Positions 10,078-20,680 of a DNA stretch of 64,000 nucleotides are shown piece after piece (positions within the stretch are counted from its first letter, which is position 1; every line of letters starts with the position of its first letter). Both the position numbers and the translations under genes were made by a program. Origin of the DNA: Alphaproteobacteria bacterium (GTDB lineage: Bacteria; Pseudomonadota; Alphaproteobacteria; SHVV01); contig OZ253470.1 in NCBI GenBank assembly GCA_965261735.1, positions 2,784,001 to 2,848,000 of the forward strand, given 5' to 3'. The notes below the pieces were generated by a model. That model was not told the DNA's origin, did not search any database, and was given only the letters and a program-made list of their open reading frames with translations.

Positions 10078-11511
10078 GGTCGTGTCCCAGGACGTGGTGT
10101 AGGAGTTGTTGGAGCCTCTGGTAGCTGTGGGTAGGCGGCTTGCCGTAGCGACCGCCGAGAGTCTGGCGTAGGCAAGCCGGCTATCCACAGCGGAGGCCAT
10201 CGCGGTTCCGGTTTAGGGTTGGGCTAGTGCAAACCAACCTGACCCGAAGGAGAACCACGATGACCCAGGACATGATGACCCTGCGCGCGCTTTTGGAGAA
10301 GAGCTCCGATGCCGATCTGCTTTGCGAGATGATCGGCTTCACGGCCGAGCGGCTGATGGCACTGGAGGTTGAGGGCCTGACCGGCGCCGGGCACGGCGAG
10401 CGCTCGGCGGATCGTATCACCCATCGCAACGGCTACCGCGACCGGTCCTGGGAGACGCGGGCCGGCACGGTCGAGCTGAAGATCCCGAAGCTGAGGAAGG
10501 GAAGCTACTTCCCGGGCTTCCTGGAGCCGCGGCGGATGGCCGAGAAGGCGCTGGCTGCGGTGATCCAGGAGGCCTACATCCAGGGGGTGTCGACCCGCTC
10601 GGTCGACGATCTGGTTCAGGCGATGGGGATGTCGGGCGCCTCCAAGAGCCAGGTCTCCAGGCTGTGCGGCGAGATCGACGATAAGGTCACCGGCTTCCTC
10701 GATCGACCGCTGGAGGGCGACTGGCCCTATCTGTGGCTCGACGCCACCTACGTGAAGATGCGCCAGACCGGACGCATCGTCTCGGTCGCGGTGACCGTGG
10801 CTGTGGCCGTCAACGACCAAGGCCGCCGCGAGGTCCTGGGCGTGGCGATCGGCGCGTCGGAGGCCGAGACCTTCTGGACCGAGTTCCTGCGCTCGCTGGC
10901 CCGGCGCGGGCTGCGCGGCGTGAAGCTGGTGATCTCCGACGACCACAAGGGCCTGAAGGCCGCCGCGACCCGGATCCTCGGCGCCACATGGCAGCGCTGC
11001 CGCGTGCACTTCGCCCGCAACCTGCTGGCCCATGCCGGCCGCCAGGGCCGGCGCGTCGTCTCCGCCTTCGCCCAGGAGGACGCCGACAGCGCGAAGGTCC
11101 AGTGGCGCCAGGTCGCCGACCAGCTCAGGCCCAAGGTGCCCAAGCTGGCAGTTCTCATGGACGAAGCCGAGCACGACGTCCTCGCCTACATGAGCTTCCC
11201 CAGGGAGCACCGCCAGAAATTGCACTCCACAAACCCGATCGAACGGCTCCATGCCGAGGTCAAGCGTCGCACCAACGTCGTCGGTATCTTTCCCAACGAA
11301 GCCGCCATCACACGGCTCGTCGGCGCCATCCTTCTCGAGCAGAACGACGAGTGGGCCGTCTCAAGGAGATACATGACGCTGGAATCCATCGCTCCGCTGA
11401 GCGATGGTGTCCCCATCACGCTGCCCACCGTGGCAGCCTGAACGTCCCGGCCCTACCCGCCGGGAGCCGCGTAGAGCGCAACGCTCTTACACCACTCCGC
11501 GGGACACGATC
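10078..11511 (+). mobile_element. IS256 family insertion sequence with 8-bp TSD gtagcgat
   Basis: IRs ggtcgtgtcccaggacgtggtgta / tacaccactccgcgggacacgatc; TSD at 10070-10077 and 11512-11519. Confidence 0.95.
10260..11441 (+). CDS. IS256 family transposase
   Basis: [48 protein letters not shown]; VVSAFAQ may lack about 5 residues relative to typical homologues. Confidence 0.93.
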   Translation: MTQDMMTLRALLEKSSDADLLCEMIGFTAERLMALEVEGLTGAGHGERSADRITHRNGYRDRSWETRAGTVELKIPKLRKGSYFPGFLEPRRMAEKALAAVIQEAYIQGVSTRSVDDLVQAMGMSGASKSQVSRLCGEIDDKVTGFLDRPLEGDWPYLWLDATYVKMRQTGRIVSVAVTVAVAVNDQGRREVLGVAIGASEAETFWTEFLRSLARRGLRGVKLVISDDHKGLKAAATRILGATWQRCRVHFARNLLAHAGRQGRRVVSAFAQEDADSAKVQWRQVADQLRPKVPKLAVLMDEAEHDVLAYMSFPREHRQKLHSTNPIERLHAEVKRRTNVVGIFPNEAAITRLVGAILLEQNDEWAVSRRYMTLESIAPLSDGVPITLPTVAA

Positions 11512-11912
11512 GTAGCGATGGGCGAAAATACCGGCATCCGCGAAGACTAGGTCGAGTCGTTGCCCATCCAATTCGGCGGCGAGTTCATCGACGAACATCG
11601 CCACTGTACCTAAGTCTGACAGGTCAAGCCGCATCTGCATGATGATGCTATGGGGACGGTCGCCCTCGTCTGGCATCTGGCTAACGCCGCGCGACGCTGA
11701 AATCACCATCGCGCCCCGTTCGATGAGCCCCTTGGAAATGCCGTATCCAATGCCACTATCACCGCCGGTGACCAGAGCACGTTTTCCGCTCAATGTTGGG
11801 GTAGTTGGACAGACGTAGGCGCGGGCATTCTGTCTCCAGATCGCCCCCATGATCCTCAGGTACTTATTTGGCGGCGGCCGATGGGACTGCCCTGCTTCAA
11901 AGGTCCGAGGCA

Positions 11913-12602
11913 TCAACGGCCTTCAAGAGGTCTGCCTAGGCAGGCCACCTCAACCGGTAAGCCGGCAGCCTTCCATTCGGGATAACCCTCCTCAAATCGG
12001 CGGACGCTGAAGCCGCGCTCTCTAAGTGCAGAAACCGCCTCGAAAGACAACACGCAGTAAGGGCCTCGGCAGTAGGCGATGATTTCCTGGTCGCGTGGCA
12101 AATCGGCCAAATGCTCCTCGAGCTCGCGCAAGGGGATGTTGATCGCGCCAGGCAAATGCCCGGCCTCGAACTCATCTCCGGGACGGACATCGAGCAGGGT
12201 GACAAGGCCATCCTGCACGCGGTCGATGAGCTCCTCTCGCAACACGGGCTCGAGGGCATCACGCTCGTGGAAATAGCCGTCCAGCACGCGCTGCACCTCG
12301 GCGACGTTCCGTTCGGCAACATGGCGCAGCGCGGCCAGGAGGCTCACGACCGACTCGTCTGAAAGCCGGTAGAGCACCCTCTTTCCTTGACGCCGCGACG
12401 TTACCAGCCCTGCCCGTTGCAAGCGCTGAAGGTGTTGGGACGCGTTGCCCACGGACAAGCCGGCTCGTTCCGCGAGCGAGTCGACGCTGCGCTCCCCCTG
12501 AGCCACAAACTCCAGAAGCTCCAATCGGTGTGCGTGCGCGAGGGCCTTGGCGACCGCCGCGAACTGCGACAAAAGCGCCTGTTTAGGGCTTTCACTTGAC
12601 AC
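11913..12602 (-). CDS. ArsR/SmtB regulator fused to a rhodanese domain
   Basis: KALAHAHRLELL, NASQHLQRL HTH; LLDVRP..GHLPGA, AYCRGPYC. Confidence 0.92.
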   Translation of the reverse strand: MSSESPKQALLSQFAAVAKALAHAHRLELLEFVAQGERSVDSLAERAGLSVGNASQHLQRLQRAGLVTSRRQGKRVLYRLSDESVVSLLAALRHVAERNVAEVQRVLDGYFHERDALEPVLREELIDRVQDGLVTLLDVRPGDEFEAGHLPGAINIPLRELEEHLADLPRDQEIIAYCRGPYCVLSFEAVSALRERGFSVRRFEEGYPEWKAAGLPVEVACLGRPLEGR

Positions 12603-12623
12603 AGTTCTCGAAACATTCCATGT

Positions 12624-12649
12624 TTCTATTAATCTATGGTTTGATAGAA
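12624..12649. promoter_or_regulatory. Imperfect inverted repeat, candidate ArsR operator in the divergent promoter
   Basis: ttctattaa-N8-ttgatagaa in an AT-rich gap between the ArsR gene and the desaturase. Confidence 0.4.
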
Positions 12650-12717
12650 TACACCATGGCATTTGTCAAGTTTCTCAGACCGTCTGCGTCCAGGCCCGAC
12701 GCGTGACGGAATTAGCC

Positions 12718-13590
12718 ATGGCGAACGAACCGGCTATCCGCCTCGGCTTCTTTCTTGGGATGTTCGCGCTCATGGCGCTGTGGGAGGTTCTGATGCCCCG
12801 CAGGCGGCGCGCGGTCTCGCGCTGGGTCCGATGGCCGAGCAATCTGGGTATTGTCGCCCTTAACACGGTTCTCCTGCGCTTCATGATCCCCACGGCCGCT
12901 GTGGGTCTGGCGTTCATTGCCGAAGAGCGGGGCTGGGGGCTGCTGAATCGTCTGTCGCCGCCGGATTGGCTGGCGATCCTGCTGGCGGTGCTGGTCCTCG
13001 ACCTCGCCATCTACCTCCAGCACGTCATGTTCCACGCCGTGCCCGCCCTCTGGCGGTTGCACCGCATGCACCACGCCGATCTGGATTTCGACGTCACAAC
13101 AGGCGCACGTTTTCACCCGATTGAAATCCTTCTCTCCATGGTCATCAAACTGGCGGTCGTCGTGATTCTGGGTCCGCCTGCCGTCGCCGTGTTGATCTTC
13201 GAGGTTGTGCTCAACGCGACCTCGATGTTCAACCACGGCAACGTCCTCATTCCGCCGCACTTCGATCGCGCCCTTCGTTGGCTCGTCGTGACGCCGGACA
13301 TGCATCGGGTCCACCACTCGGTCATCCCGCACGAGACCAACAGCAACTTCGGCTTCAACCTCCCTTGGTGGGACCGTCTGCTCGGAACCTACCGCGCCCA
13401 GCCCGCGGACGGACACCAGGGCATGACGATCGGCCTCGAGCAGTTCCGCACGCAGGGAGATTTGCGGCTCGACCGCATGCTCGTTCAGCCCTTCCGCGGC
13501 GGGACCGGCGACTATCCGATCAATCGGCGGGGAGGAGGCGTATGGACCGTCCGCTCCGTTCACCGGCGGCGGATTACGCCGGACGAATAG
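12718..13590 (+). CDS. Sterol desaturase / fatty acid hydroxylase family protein
   Basis: His boxes HVMFH, HRMHH, FNHGN, HRVHHS; NSNFG...WWDRLLGTY. Confidence 0.92.
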   Translation: MANEPAIRLGFFLGMFALMALWEVLMPRRRRAVSRWVRWPSNLGIVALNTVLLRFMIPTAAVGLAFIAEERGWGLLNRLSPPDWLAILLAVLVLDLAIYLQHVMFHAVPALWRLHRMHHADLDFDVTTGARFHPIEILLSMVIKLAVVVILGPPAVAVLIFEVVLNATSMFNHGNVLIPPHFDRALRWLVVTPDMHRVHHSVIPHETNSNFGFNLPWWDRLLGTYRAQPADGHQGMTIGLEQFRTQGDLRLDRMLVQPFRGGTGDYPINRRGGGVWTVRSVHRRRITPDE

Positions 13591-13609
13591 TCGGGCGACC
13601 AGAGCGAGA

Positions 13610-13685
13610 TGGCTGGGGCGGCAGGATTCGAACCTGCGAATGCCGGTACCAAAAACCGGTGCCTTAACCACTTGGCTACGCCCCA
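13610..13685 (-). tRNA. tRNA-Gln(TTG)
   Basis: TGGGGCGTAGCCAAGTGGTTAAGGCACCGGTTTTTGGTACCGG...GGTTCGAATCC...CCA; anticodon stem CCGGT/ACCGG. Confidence 0.97.
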
Positions 13686-13762
13686 ACGACGAGCCGGACC
13701 ATAGGCCCAAAGCCCGGCACCGACAACGGGCCCCCGAGGTCCCCCGGGCCGGCGCGCCCGGT

Positions 13763-15949
13763 CTAGACCGGCCGCGATTGGAGCGCGCGCCCCACAGCCT
13801 GGCCGAGCTCGTGGGCCAGTACCGGCTTCATGAGATAGCCGTCGAGCCCTATTTCCCGTGCCCGCTCCGGGCTCAGCCTGTGGTTGAAGCCGGTGCACAG
13901 CAGCACCGGGATGTCGGTGCGCAGCTTGCGAATCTCGCCGAGCAGCGCGTCGCCCGTCATCCCCGGCATGGTCTGATCGGTCACGATGAGGTCGAACCCC
14001 GTCGGATTCTCGCGAAACACCTCGAGGGCGGCGCGACTGCCGGTTTCGCCGACCACCGAATAGCCGAGCCGGGTCAGCACCTTTTCCGCCATGCGCACGA
14101 GCGCGGCTTCATCGTCGACGAAGAGAATGCGGCCCTTGCCGACAGGCGCGCTCGGCGCCGCCTCGCCTTCGACTTCGCCAACCTCGCCCGCGTAGTACGG
14201 CAGCAGCAGCTCGAAGCGGGTCCCCTGCCCGAGCGCGCTGTCGACGCGAATGGCGCCGCCATAGTTGGTGACGATGCCGTGCGCCACCGACAGCCCGAGT
14301 CCGGTGCCGCGCCCCACCCCCTTGGTCGTGAAGAACGGCTCGAAGATGCGCTCCATCGTCGCCTGATCCATGCCCGAGCCGGTATCGCGCACCTTGAGCC
14401 GCACGTAGGAGCCGGGCGAGAGCTCGCCGGCGGCGTTGGCCGTGTCATCGACGGCCGTCCGGTCGAGCACGATCTCGAGCACACCGCCGGCCTCCTCCAT
14501 GGCGTGGGCGCCGTTGGTGCAGACGTTCATCAGGACCTGGTGCAGCTGGGAGGGATCGGCCAAGACCGTGGCCGGCTCCGAGGCCAAGTCCTGGCGGATC
14601 TCGATCGTCGAGGGCAGCGTCGAGCGCATGAGCTTCATGACTTCCTGGACAATCGGCTGCAGCACCAGCGGTCGCTTGGCCTGCTCGGCATGGCGACTGA
14701 AGGTGAGGATCTGCTCGATGAGGTCGCGGGCCCTGCGCCCGGCCTGGATCACCGTCGTCAGGTTGTCCTTCAGTTCAGCATCGTCCGAGTGGCGGCCGCC
14801 TTCGTGGTCGTCGAGGACGAGGCTGGTGTAGCCGAGAATGATGGAGAGGATATTGTTGAAATCGTGCGCGATGCCGCCGGCCAGCGTTCCTATAGCCTCC
14901 ATCTTCTGCGATTGCTGGAGCTGCTGGGCGAGCTCCCTACGCCGCGAGATGTCGCGCATGGTCGCGATAAAAACGTGGCGCCGTGCTCTGCGCCGATCGT
15001 GCAGCGTCCACGTACCGCGCATCTCGTTGACGGCGATCTCGAGCGGAAAAGCCGACCCATCGCGGCGCCTGCCTTCGATCTCACGCATGGCGCCGAACAC
15101 GCCAGCATCGCCGGTGTCGAGATATTGGGCGATGAGGGCCTTGTGCTCTTCGGCGTCCGCGTTCTCCATCAGGGTCGTCATGTCGCCGCCGAGCACGTCG
15201 GCGGCCGTGTAGTCGAAGATTCGCTCGGCTGCGGGGTTGAATGTCTCTATCGCGCCGTCGGCGTCGAAGGTCACCACGCCGTCGATCACGGCCTCGATGA
15301 TCGACAGCGTCTTCTCCTCGTTGATTCGCCGAACCGCTTCGCGGCGCTCGAACTCGGTGATGTCGGTCTGGATCGAGATGATGCCGCCCGCGTCGGTGCG
15401 GTATTCGCTGACGAGGAGACAGCGACCGTCCGTGAGGAACTGCTTGATCTGGCCTTGCGGATCGCGGTGCTGCGCGACGCGCTCGCGCAGCCACTCCTCC
15501 TCGCGGTCGTCGATTCCGGCGATTAGACCCTTGCCGGCAATGACCCGCAGCATGTCCTCGAAGCGGGCGCCGACGGCGACCGGCGGCTCGGCGTCGACGA
15601 ACATTTGCCGGAAGCGGTCGTTGCACAACACGAGCCTGTCGTCGCGGTCGAACAGGGCGACGCCCTCGTTCATGCCCTCGATCGCCTTGGCGAGCTGGCC
15701 TCGCGCGCGGGCGGCGGGTGACCGGGAGTTACCGCCCCAGCGCCCGCTCCACGACGACAGCGCGGTCCCACCCAGCGCCGCGAGCCCGAGAGCGAGGACG
15801 AGCCCGCCGATCGCGAGCCACATCTCGCCGGCGGCCTGCGCATCGAGGTAGCGATAAAGAACCAGCAGGGCGCCGGCGAGCCCGGCGGCGAGGAGGCCGA
15901 TCCCGACCGCGGCTCGGCGTCGTACGCCCGTCGCCGCTCCTGCTTTCAC
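13763..15949 (-). CDS. Hybrid sensor histidine kinase (2 TM, PAS-PAS-HisKA-HATPase-REC), CckA-like architecture
   Basis: QKMEAIGTLAGGIAHDFNNIL, FEPFFTTK..GTGLGL, REC ILFVDDE...TDQTMP; start codon approximate (GTG). Confidence 0.92.
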   Translation of the reverse strand: MKAGAATGVRRRAAVGIGLLAAGLAGALLVLYRYLDAQAAGEMWLAIGGLVLALGLAALGGTALSSWSGRWGGNSRSPAARARGQLAKAIEGMNEGVALFDRDDRLVLCNDRFRQMFVDAEPPVAVGARFEDMLRVIAGKGLIAGIDDREEEWLRERVAQHRDPQGQIKQFLTDGRCLLVSEYRTDAGGIISIQTDITEFERREAVRRINEEKTLSIIEAVIDGVVTFDADGAIETFNPAAERIFDYTAADVLGGDMTTLMENADAEEHKALIAQYLDTGDAGVFGAMREIEGRRRDGSAFPLEIAVNEMRGTWTLHDRRRARRHVFIATMRDISRRRELAQQLQQSQKMEAIGTLAGGIAHDFNNILSIILGYTSLVLDDHEGGRHSDDAELKDNLTTVIQAGRRARDLIEQILTFSRHAEQAKRPLVLQPIVQEVMKLMRSTLPSTIEIRQDLASEPATVLADPSQLHQVLMNVCTNGAHAMEEAGGVLEIVLDRTAVDDTANAAGELSPGSYVRLKVRDTGSGMDQATMERIFEPFFTTKGVGRGTGLGLSVAHGIVTNYGGAIRVDSALGQGTRFELLLPYYAGEVGEVEGEAAPSAPVGKGRILFVDDEAALVRMAEKVLTRLGYSVVGETGSRAALEVFRENPTGFDLIVTDQTMPGMTGDALLGEIRKLRTDIPVLLCTGFNHRLSPERAREIGLDGYLMKPVLAHELGQAVGRALQSRPV

Positions 15950-15966
15950 CGGGCGCCCCCTTGTCG

Positions 15967-17269
15967 GGCTGTGTCTCGAAAGTGGTGGAAATTTGAGGAT
16001 GGCGTAATCTCCGGGTGACAAGACAACCACCCAATCGGCGGCTAGCACCGCCAAGGAGATCACGCCATGAAGAACACTACCGAGACTTCCGCGCTTTCGC
16101 TACTGGCCAATGACGCCGGCTATGATCCGCTCGAGAGGACGCGCTTCGGCAAGGGTATCGGAACGGGCACCGGGAGCGGCAACTGACGGGGACATTCGGG
16201 ACCGAGAGGGTGAGCGTGCCGCGTGCGCGGATCGTTGAGGAAGACGGTCGGGCGTCGGAATGGCGTTCGCGGGCGCTGCCGCGCTACCAGCGGCTGACCA
16301 GAAAGGCCGAGGCGCTGATCGCTTCGGTGTATCTGTCCGGAACCAACACGCGGCGGGTGAAACGCGCGCTGTTCGGGCTCTTCCGGGGTGCTGTGAGCAA
16401 GGACGTTGTGAGCCGGGCGTGGCGCAAGGTGAAGGTCGATTGGGACGCCTGGTGCAGCCGTGGCCTCGCGGATGAGGATATCGTTCGGCTGATCCTTGAC
16501 GGCACTGTGATCAAGACCCGACTGGACCGCAAGGCCACCAACATCTCGGTTCTCGCGGCTATAGGGGTGCGCCGGGATGGCCAGAAGGTCTTGCTTTCGA
16601 TCGGGAATATGGGCGGAGAAAGCCAGGCGGCGTGGCGCCAGTTCCTCGACGACCTTGATGCGCGTGGACTGAAACGGCCCGGGTTTGTCATCGTCGATGG
16701 CGCGCCGGGACTGGAGGCGGCTCTGTCGGCGCTTTGGGGCGATGACCTTCCCGTTCAACGCTGCACCGTGCACAAGCACCGCAACCTTCTGGGTCATGCT
16801 CCCAAACACATGCATGACGAGCTGAGCGAAGATTACCGCGATATGATCTATGCCGACACTGCCTCCGAGGTGGAAACCCGCCGCAAGGCGTTTGTCCGCA
16901 AGTGGCGGCTGAAATGCAGGGCCGTCGCGGACAGCCTCGCAGAAGCGGGCGACAAGCTCTTTACCTTCACGCGCCTGTCCAAGAGCCAATGGAAATCAGC
17001 CCGAACGACCAACGCCATTGAGCGTCTCAACGAGGAGTTCAAGCGCCGGATCAAAACACAGACCGTGCTGCCGTGTCCCGAAACAGTGCCGATGCTCCTC
17101 TGGGCACTCCTCGCTTCCGGCCAAATCCAGATGCGCAAAGTCGATGGATGGGAAACCCTCGATCAGCTAATCGCCGACGAAACCCTTGACCGCGCAGCCT
17201 GACCGCCGCAAAACTCAACCCGCTCGGAGAGGCGCCAAAACCAATTTCCACCACTTTCGAGACACAACC
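15967..17269 (+). mobile_element. IS256 family element (second type) with 9-bp TSD cccttgtcg
   Basis: IRs ggctgtgtctcgaaagtggtggaaatt / aatttccaccactttcgagacacaacc; TSD at 15958-15966 and 17270-17278. Confidence 0.92.
16066..17202 (+). pseudogene. IS256 transposase with internal N-terminal deletion/frameshift
   Basis: MKNTTETSAL...YDPLE then YRNGHRERQL...VSVPRARI after a junction near 16135-16155; LILDG, IVDGAPGL, QRCTVH, TTNAIERL intact. Confidence 0.8.
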
Positions 17270-18001
17270 CCCTTGTCGCACCTAGCGCCGAGCCCAGAAC
17301 GCCCGGCGAGCACCATCCGCAGCGCGGCCGCAAAGGTCGCTCGATCCCATGCAAACCTGCGCCGCCTCGGCGGTAACACGCTGGTCGATCATACCGGCGC
17401 AGCGCCGGTGGGGGCGCGCGGCGCCGGCCGGCCGCGTCAGGTTGCCTGGCTGCGAGCTGCCGGGCGCCATCGGCCGAGGCCCAGGATCGTGGCGTAGCAG
17501 GACAGCGCCAATACCACCAATAGAAGGGTCGCGGTGGGGGCCCGCGCGGCCAGGATTGCGGGCACCGCCACGAGGCCGAGATAGACCCCGAGCGCACCGG
17601 GCGGCGGCAGGAGCTGCCACAGGATGTGATGCAGGTGGCGCCGGTCGGAGCTGAAGGGAGATCGCCCGATGATCACCCACGTTACCATGAGGCGCAGGCA
17701 ATCCAGCACCGGGACGAGGAACCACAGCATGACGAAGTCGGCCGGCAGAGCGGTGAAATTGACGCTGTACACATACAGCGTCAGGGCGCCGACGACGATG
17801 CTGATCGCGTAGGTTCCCGAATCGCCGAAGAACAGGTGCCCGCGCAGGTTGAAGGGCAATGCGATCGCGAGCCCGGCGGCAAACACCACCAGGAACGGCC
17901 GCAAGTGCATGGGACCGAATGCCACCAGCGCCACGACCCAGAGCAGCGACAGCCCGATGACGATGCCGTTCTTGCCGTCGGCCATGTTGACGGCGTTTTG
18001 A

Positions 18002-18292
18002 CCCGCATTTTCCAGGTAGCTCATCTATTTGATGCCGTTTCCGCTTGATTCTGTTATAAGAATCATAGGTTTAGGCTAGATAGAGGGTGGATCGGATCGG
18101 CGGCCTCTGCGGCCTTGTTTCGACCGTCGCCTGAAGCTGGAGTTCCACGGTTCACGGGTCACGTCGGACGCCGGTCTGCTCGCCTATCGGGAACTCGATG
18201 ATATCCTTGGCCTCACCACCCTGGCGAGCAATGTCCTGGCTGACAGCCGGACGGGCAAGAACGGCTGGCACGACGTTGTCGGACTGCTGCGT
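18002..18292 (+). mobile_element. IS1380 family left end and transposase fragment
   Basis: Encodes FDRRLKLEFHGSRVTSDAGLLAYRELDD...DSRTGKNG; begins cccgcattttcc. Confidence 0.8.
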
Positions 18293-19377
18293 CCACACCC
18301 GCTAGGGCTAGAATGGGCGCAAACCGGATATAGGGGAGCGCGCCATGGATGTTCTCGACCGCGCCGATCTCCCATTCCCGCATTCGCTACCCGAGTTCCA
18401 GCGACTTTTCCCCGATGATGCGGCCTGCGCCGCCTACCTGGAGAAAGCCCGCTGGGGAGACGGCTTTGCCTGCCCGCACTGCGGCACGGCGGGAGAGCCG
18501 TTCCACTTTGAAAACCGCCCTGGCGTCCTGCGCTGCCGCAAGTGCCGCCAGAACACCGGGCTGACGGTGGGAACAGTGATGGAGCGTAGCCACACTCCGC
18601 TGAACGTCTGGTTCTGGGCCGCTTATCTGGTCGCCAGTCAGACGCCCGGCATGTCCGCCGTGCAGTTTCAGCGGCAACTTGGTCTTTCGCGCTACGAGAC
18701 GGCCTTTCAAATTCTCCACAAGCTCCGCTCGGGCATGGTGCGGCCCAACCAAGACAGGATCGGTGGACAGCCCAAGAACCATGTTGAGGTGGACGAAACC
18801 TGGGTTGGCGGGCGAACGCGTGGGGAAGGCCGTGGTGTTCACCACAAGGTTCCCGTCTCCTGTGCCATCGAGGTGCGTCATCGAAAGCCGGGCACCAAGC
18901 TCGACAACCGGAAAGACGGACGCTATGCCGGACGCGTTCGGCTCGCCGTCGTGCTCGACCGTAGCGCCGAGTCGCTCTGTGGGTTCGTCGAGAGCACCGT
19001 CGCGCCGCGATCGCTGATCGTTACTGACGATTGGAGCGGCTATGCTGGCCTCGGTAAGCGCGGCTATGAGCACTTCGCTGTTGCCGAGTGTGGTGATCCA
19101 GAGGTTGCCGAGCAATACCTGCTGATCATCCATCTGGTTTTCGCCAACCTGAAGACGTGGCTGATCGGTATCCACCACGGCGTTAGCCACCAGCACCTAC
19201 AAGCCTACCTCAACGAGTTCACCTTCCGCTTCAACAGGCGGTTCTACCCGTTCAACGCCTTCCGCTCATTGCTCGGCATCGCGGGCGACACCTCTGCTCC
19301 AACCTATGCCGAGCTTTACTCGGGAGAGTGGCGGCACCCTACATGTAGCGGTCATGGGTGTTAACCGGATAGGCAAG
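18293..19377 (+). mobile_element. IS1595 family element, copy 1 (left IR missing)
   Basis: Right IR ttaaccggataggcaag; near-identical to the 22157-23091 copy. Confidence 0.88.
18345..19364 (+). CDS. IS1595 family transposase
   Basis: CPHCG / CRKC Zn ribbon, VEVDETW, IVTDDWSGY, HLQAYLNEFTFRFNRR. Confidence 0.93.
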   Translation: MDVLDRADLPFPHSLPEFQRLFPDDAACAAYLEKARWGDGFACPHCGTAGEPFHFENRPGVLRCRKCRQNTGLTVGTVMERSHTPLNVWFWAAYLVASQTPGMSAVQFQRQLGLSRYETAFQILHKLRSGMVRPNQDRIGGQPKNHVEVDETWVGGRTRGEGRGVHHKVPVSCAIEVRHRKPGTKLDNRKDGRYAGRVRLAVVLDRSAESLCGFVESTVAPRSLIVTDDWSGYAGLGKRGYEHFAVAECGDPEVAEQYLLIIHLVFANLKTWLIGIHHGVSHQHLQAYLNEFTFRFNRRFYPFNAFRSLLGIAGDTSAPTYAELYSGEWRHPTCSGHGC

Positions 19378-19443
19378 GGTCAAGCTTGTCGCACGCTCGG
19401 CGTATCGGAGCAGAGTTACTATCGCTGGCGCAAGGAATATGGC
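19378..19443 (+). mobile_element. IS3 family orfA fragment
   Basis: Encodes ACRTLGVSEQSYYRWRKEYG, a classic IS3 OrfA HTH. Confidence 0.75.
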
Positions 19444-20090
19444 TTTGAAGGCCGACGAGGCAGAGCACCGTGAACAGGGCCGCCCATCCCTCCAAATAAA
19501 TCGCGTTCTCGGCGAAGCTGAACTTGAGGAACGTCACATTGAGCGCCGGCACCGCGTAGAGGACGGCAAAGCACATGGCCACCGAGATCGCCAGTCGCCA
19601 CAGCGGCCGGACGTGCGCGCGGTCATCGATCAGTCCGAGTAGCAGGGACAGGGTCAGGAGAATGGCGAGAGCGCCGTAGAACGGTACGAAGTCGGTGCGC
19701 CGCGCGAGCACCACCGCCATCACCAGGGCCGGGACCATGACGGCGAGGCCGCCGACCTGGGGCGTGTCGCGGGTATGGTCCTTGCGTCGGCCGTCGGGGC
19801 TGTCGACGACGCCGATGAGCCGGCCTATCGGCCGCGCCAGCAAGCACAGGCCGAACGCCAAGACTCCCAGCAAGACGTATGTCAGAATCATCTACCGCCG
19901 GGTCTTGATGCGCGGCTTCATCGCCGGCGAACAAAAGGGATTTACCTTGCGCTGTCAAGGCGCGCGGGCGAGCGGGCGCTTGCATTTCGCCAGACAACCG
20001 GTCAGTTTTCAGGCTTCGCTCACGGCCCTTGCGGTGGCGCGTCGCACAGCCAGCGACGCCGTGCCAAGGCCCTCACCATGCGTCGCCCCG

Positions 20091-20519
20091 ATGCCGAAAA
20101 CGCCGTCCTTCCACGAGGAACTCGACCGCGCCGATGAGGTCACGGGCGGCTCCAGCCGCGCTTTCGGCCTGGTGTTCACGGTGGTGCTCACGATCGTCGG
20201 CCTGTGGCCCCTGCTCGCGGCCGATCGCCCGCGCCTGCTCGTTCTCGCGGCCGCCGTCGGCCTCCTCGCGATCGCGGTGGCGCGGCCCGGCTGGCTCGGT
20301 CCCTTCAACAAGGCGTGGCTTCGCTTCGGCGCGCTCCTCGGCCGCGTCGTCAACCCGGTCGTCATGGCGTTGCTCTTCTTCGCCTTCGTGACACCGTTCG
20401 CGCTTATCGCGCGGGCGCTCGGCAAGGACCCTCTAAGGCTGCGCTTCGACGGCACGGCCAAGAGCTACTGGATCGAGCGCAAGGGCCCCGACCCCGAGTC
20501 CATGCGGCGCCAGTTCTAA
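20091..20519 (+). CDS. SxtJ family membrane protein
   Basis: SSRAFGLVF, WLRFGALLGRVVNPVVM, GKDPLRL, SYWIER...SMRRQF. Confidence 0.88.
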   Translation: MPKTPSFHEELDRADEVTGGSSRAFGLVFTVVLTIVGLWPLLAADRPRLLVLAAAVGLLAIAVARPGWLGPFNKAWLRFGALLGRVVNPVVMALLFFAFVTPFALIARALGKDPLRLRFDGTAKSYWIERKGPDPESMRRQF

Positions 20520-20680
20520 GGCGCCAGTTCCAACAGTTCTAAGGCGCCGGCTCTAAACGGTGTGAGCGCGGCTCGGTCGAGCGCCTCGATTGCATAAGGT
20601 CCGGCAATTGCGTAGAGTTGCGCCGCCAAAGGGTTCTCGACGTTGGTTTTTTCGCGGTCGTCATCACCGGGGGGGCGGAC

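Larger units (their letters stand above)
9538..11916 (-). pseudogene. Short-chain dehydrogenase/reductase (retinol-DH-like) interrupted by IS256 and frameshifted
   Basis: ALVTGGDSGIG, LDLSDL, DAGIF upstream of the IS; removing the IS restores AHRYEQSAQGYERTFAVNCLGH; AYARSK and IHPGVV lie in another frame after about 9915. Confidence 0.8.
17437..19891 (-). pseudogene. MraY/WecA-like glycosyltransferase family 4 interrupted by a composite IS insertion
   Basis: DSPDGRRKDH..TPQVGG, GLIDD, then LVGLQ|NAVNMADGKNG, FFGDSG, DRRHLHH; frame restored by removing 18002-19443 and one tttga copy. Confidence 0.9.

Noticed and set aside
10124-10190. Long imperfect hairpin as an ncRNA
   Set aside because: Lies inside the IS256 left end upstream of the transposase; no independent evidence for an RNA gene
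13640-15526. 628-aa plus-strand ORF
   Set aside because: Antisense shadow of the hybrid histidine kinase, typical of high-GC DNA; no motifs
20511-20548. GTTC repeats as a LexA box
   Set aside because: Spacers are N10 and N5, not N7; explained by a local duplication
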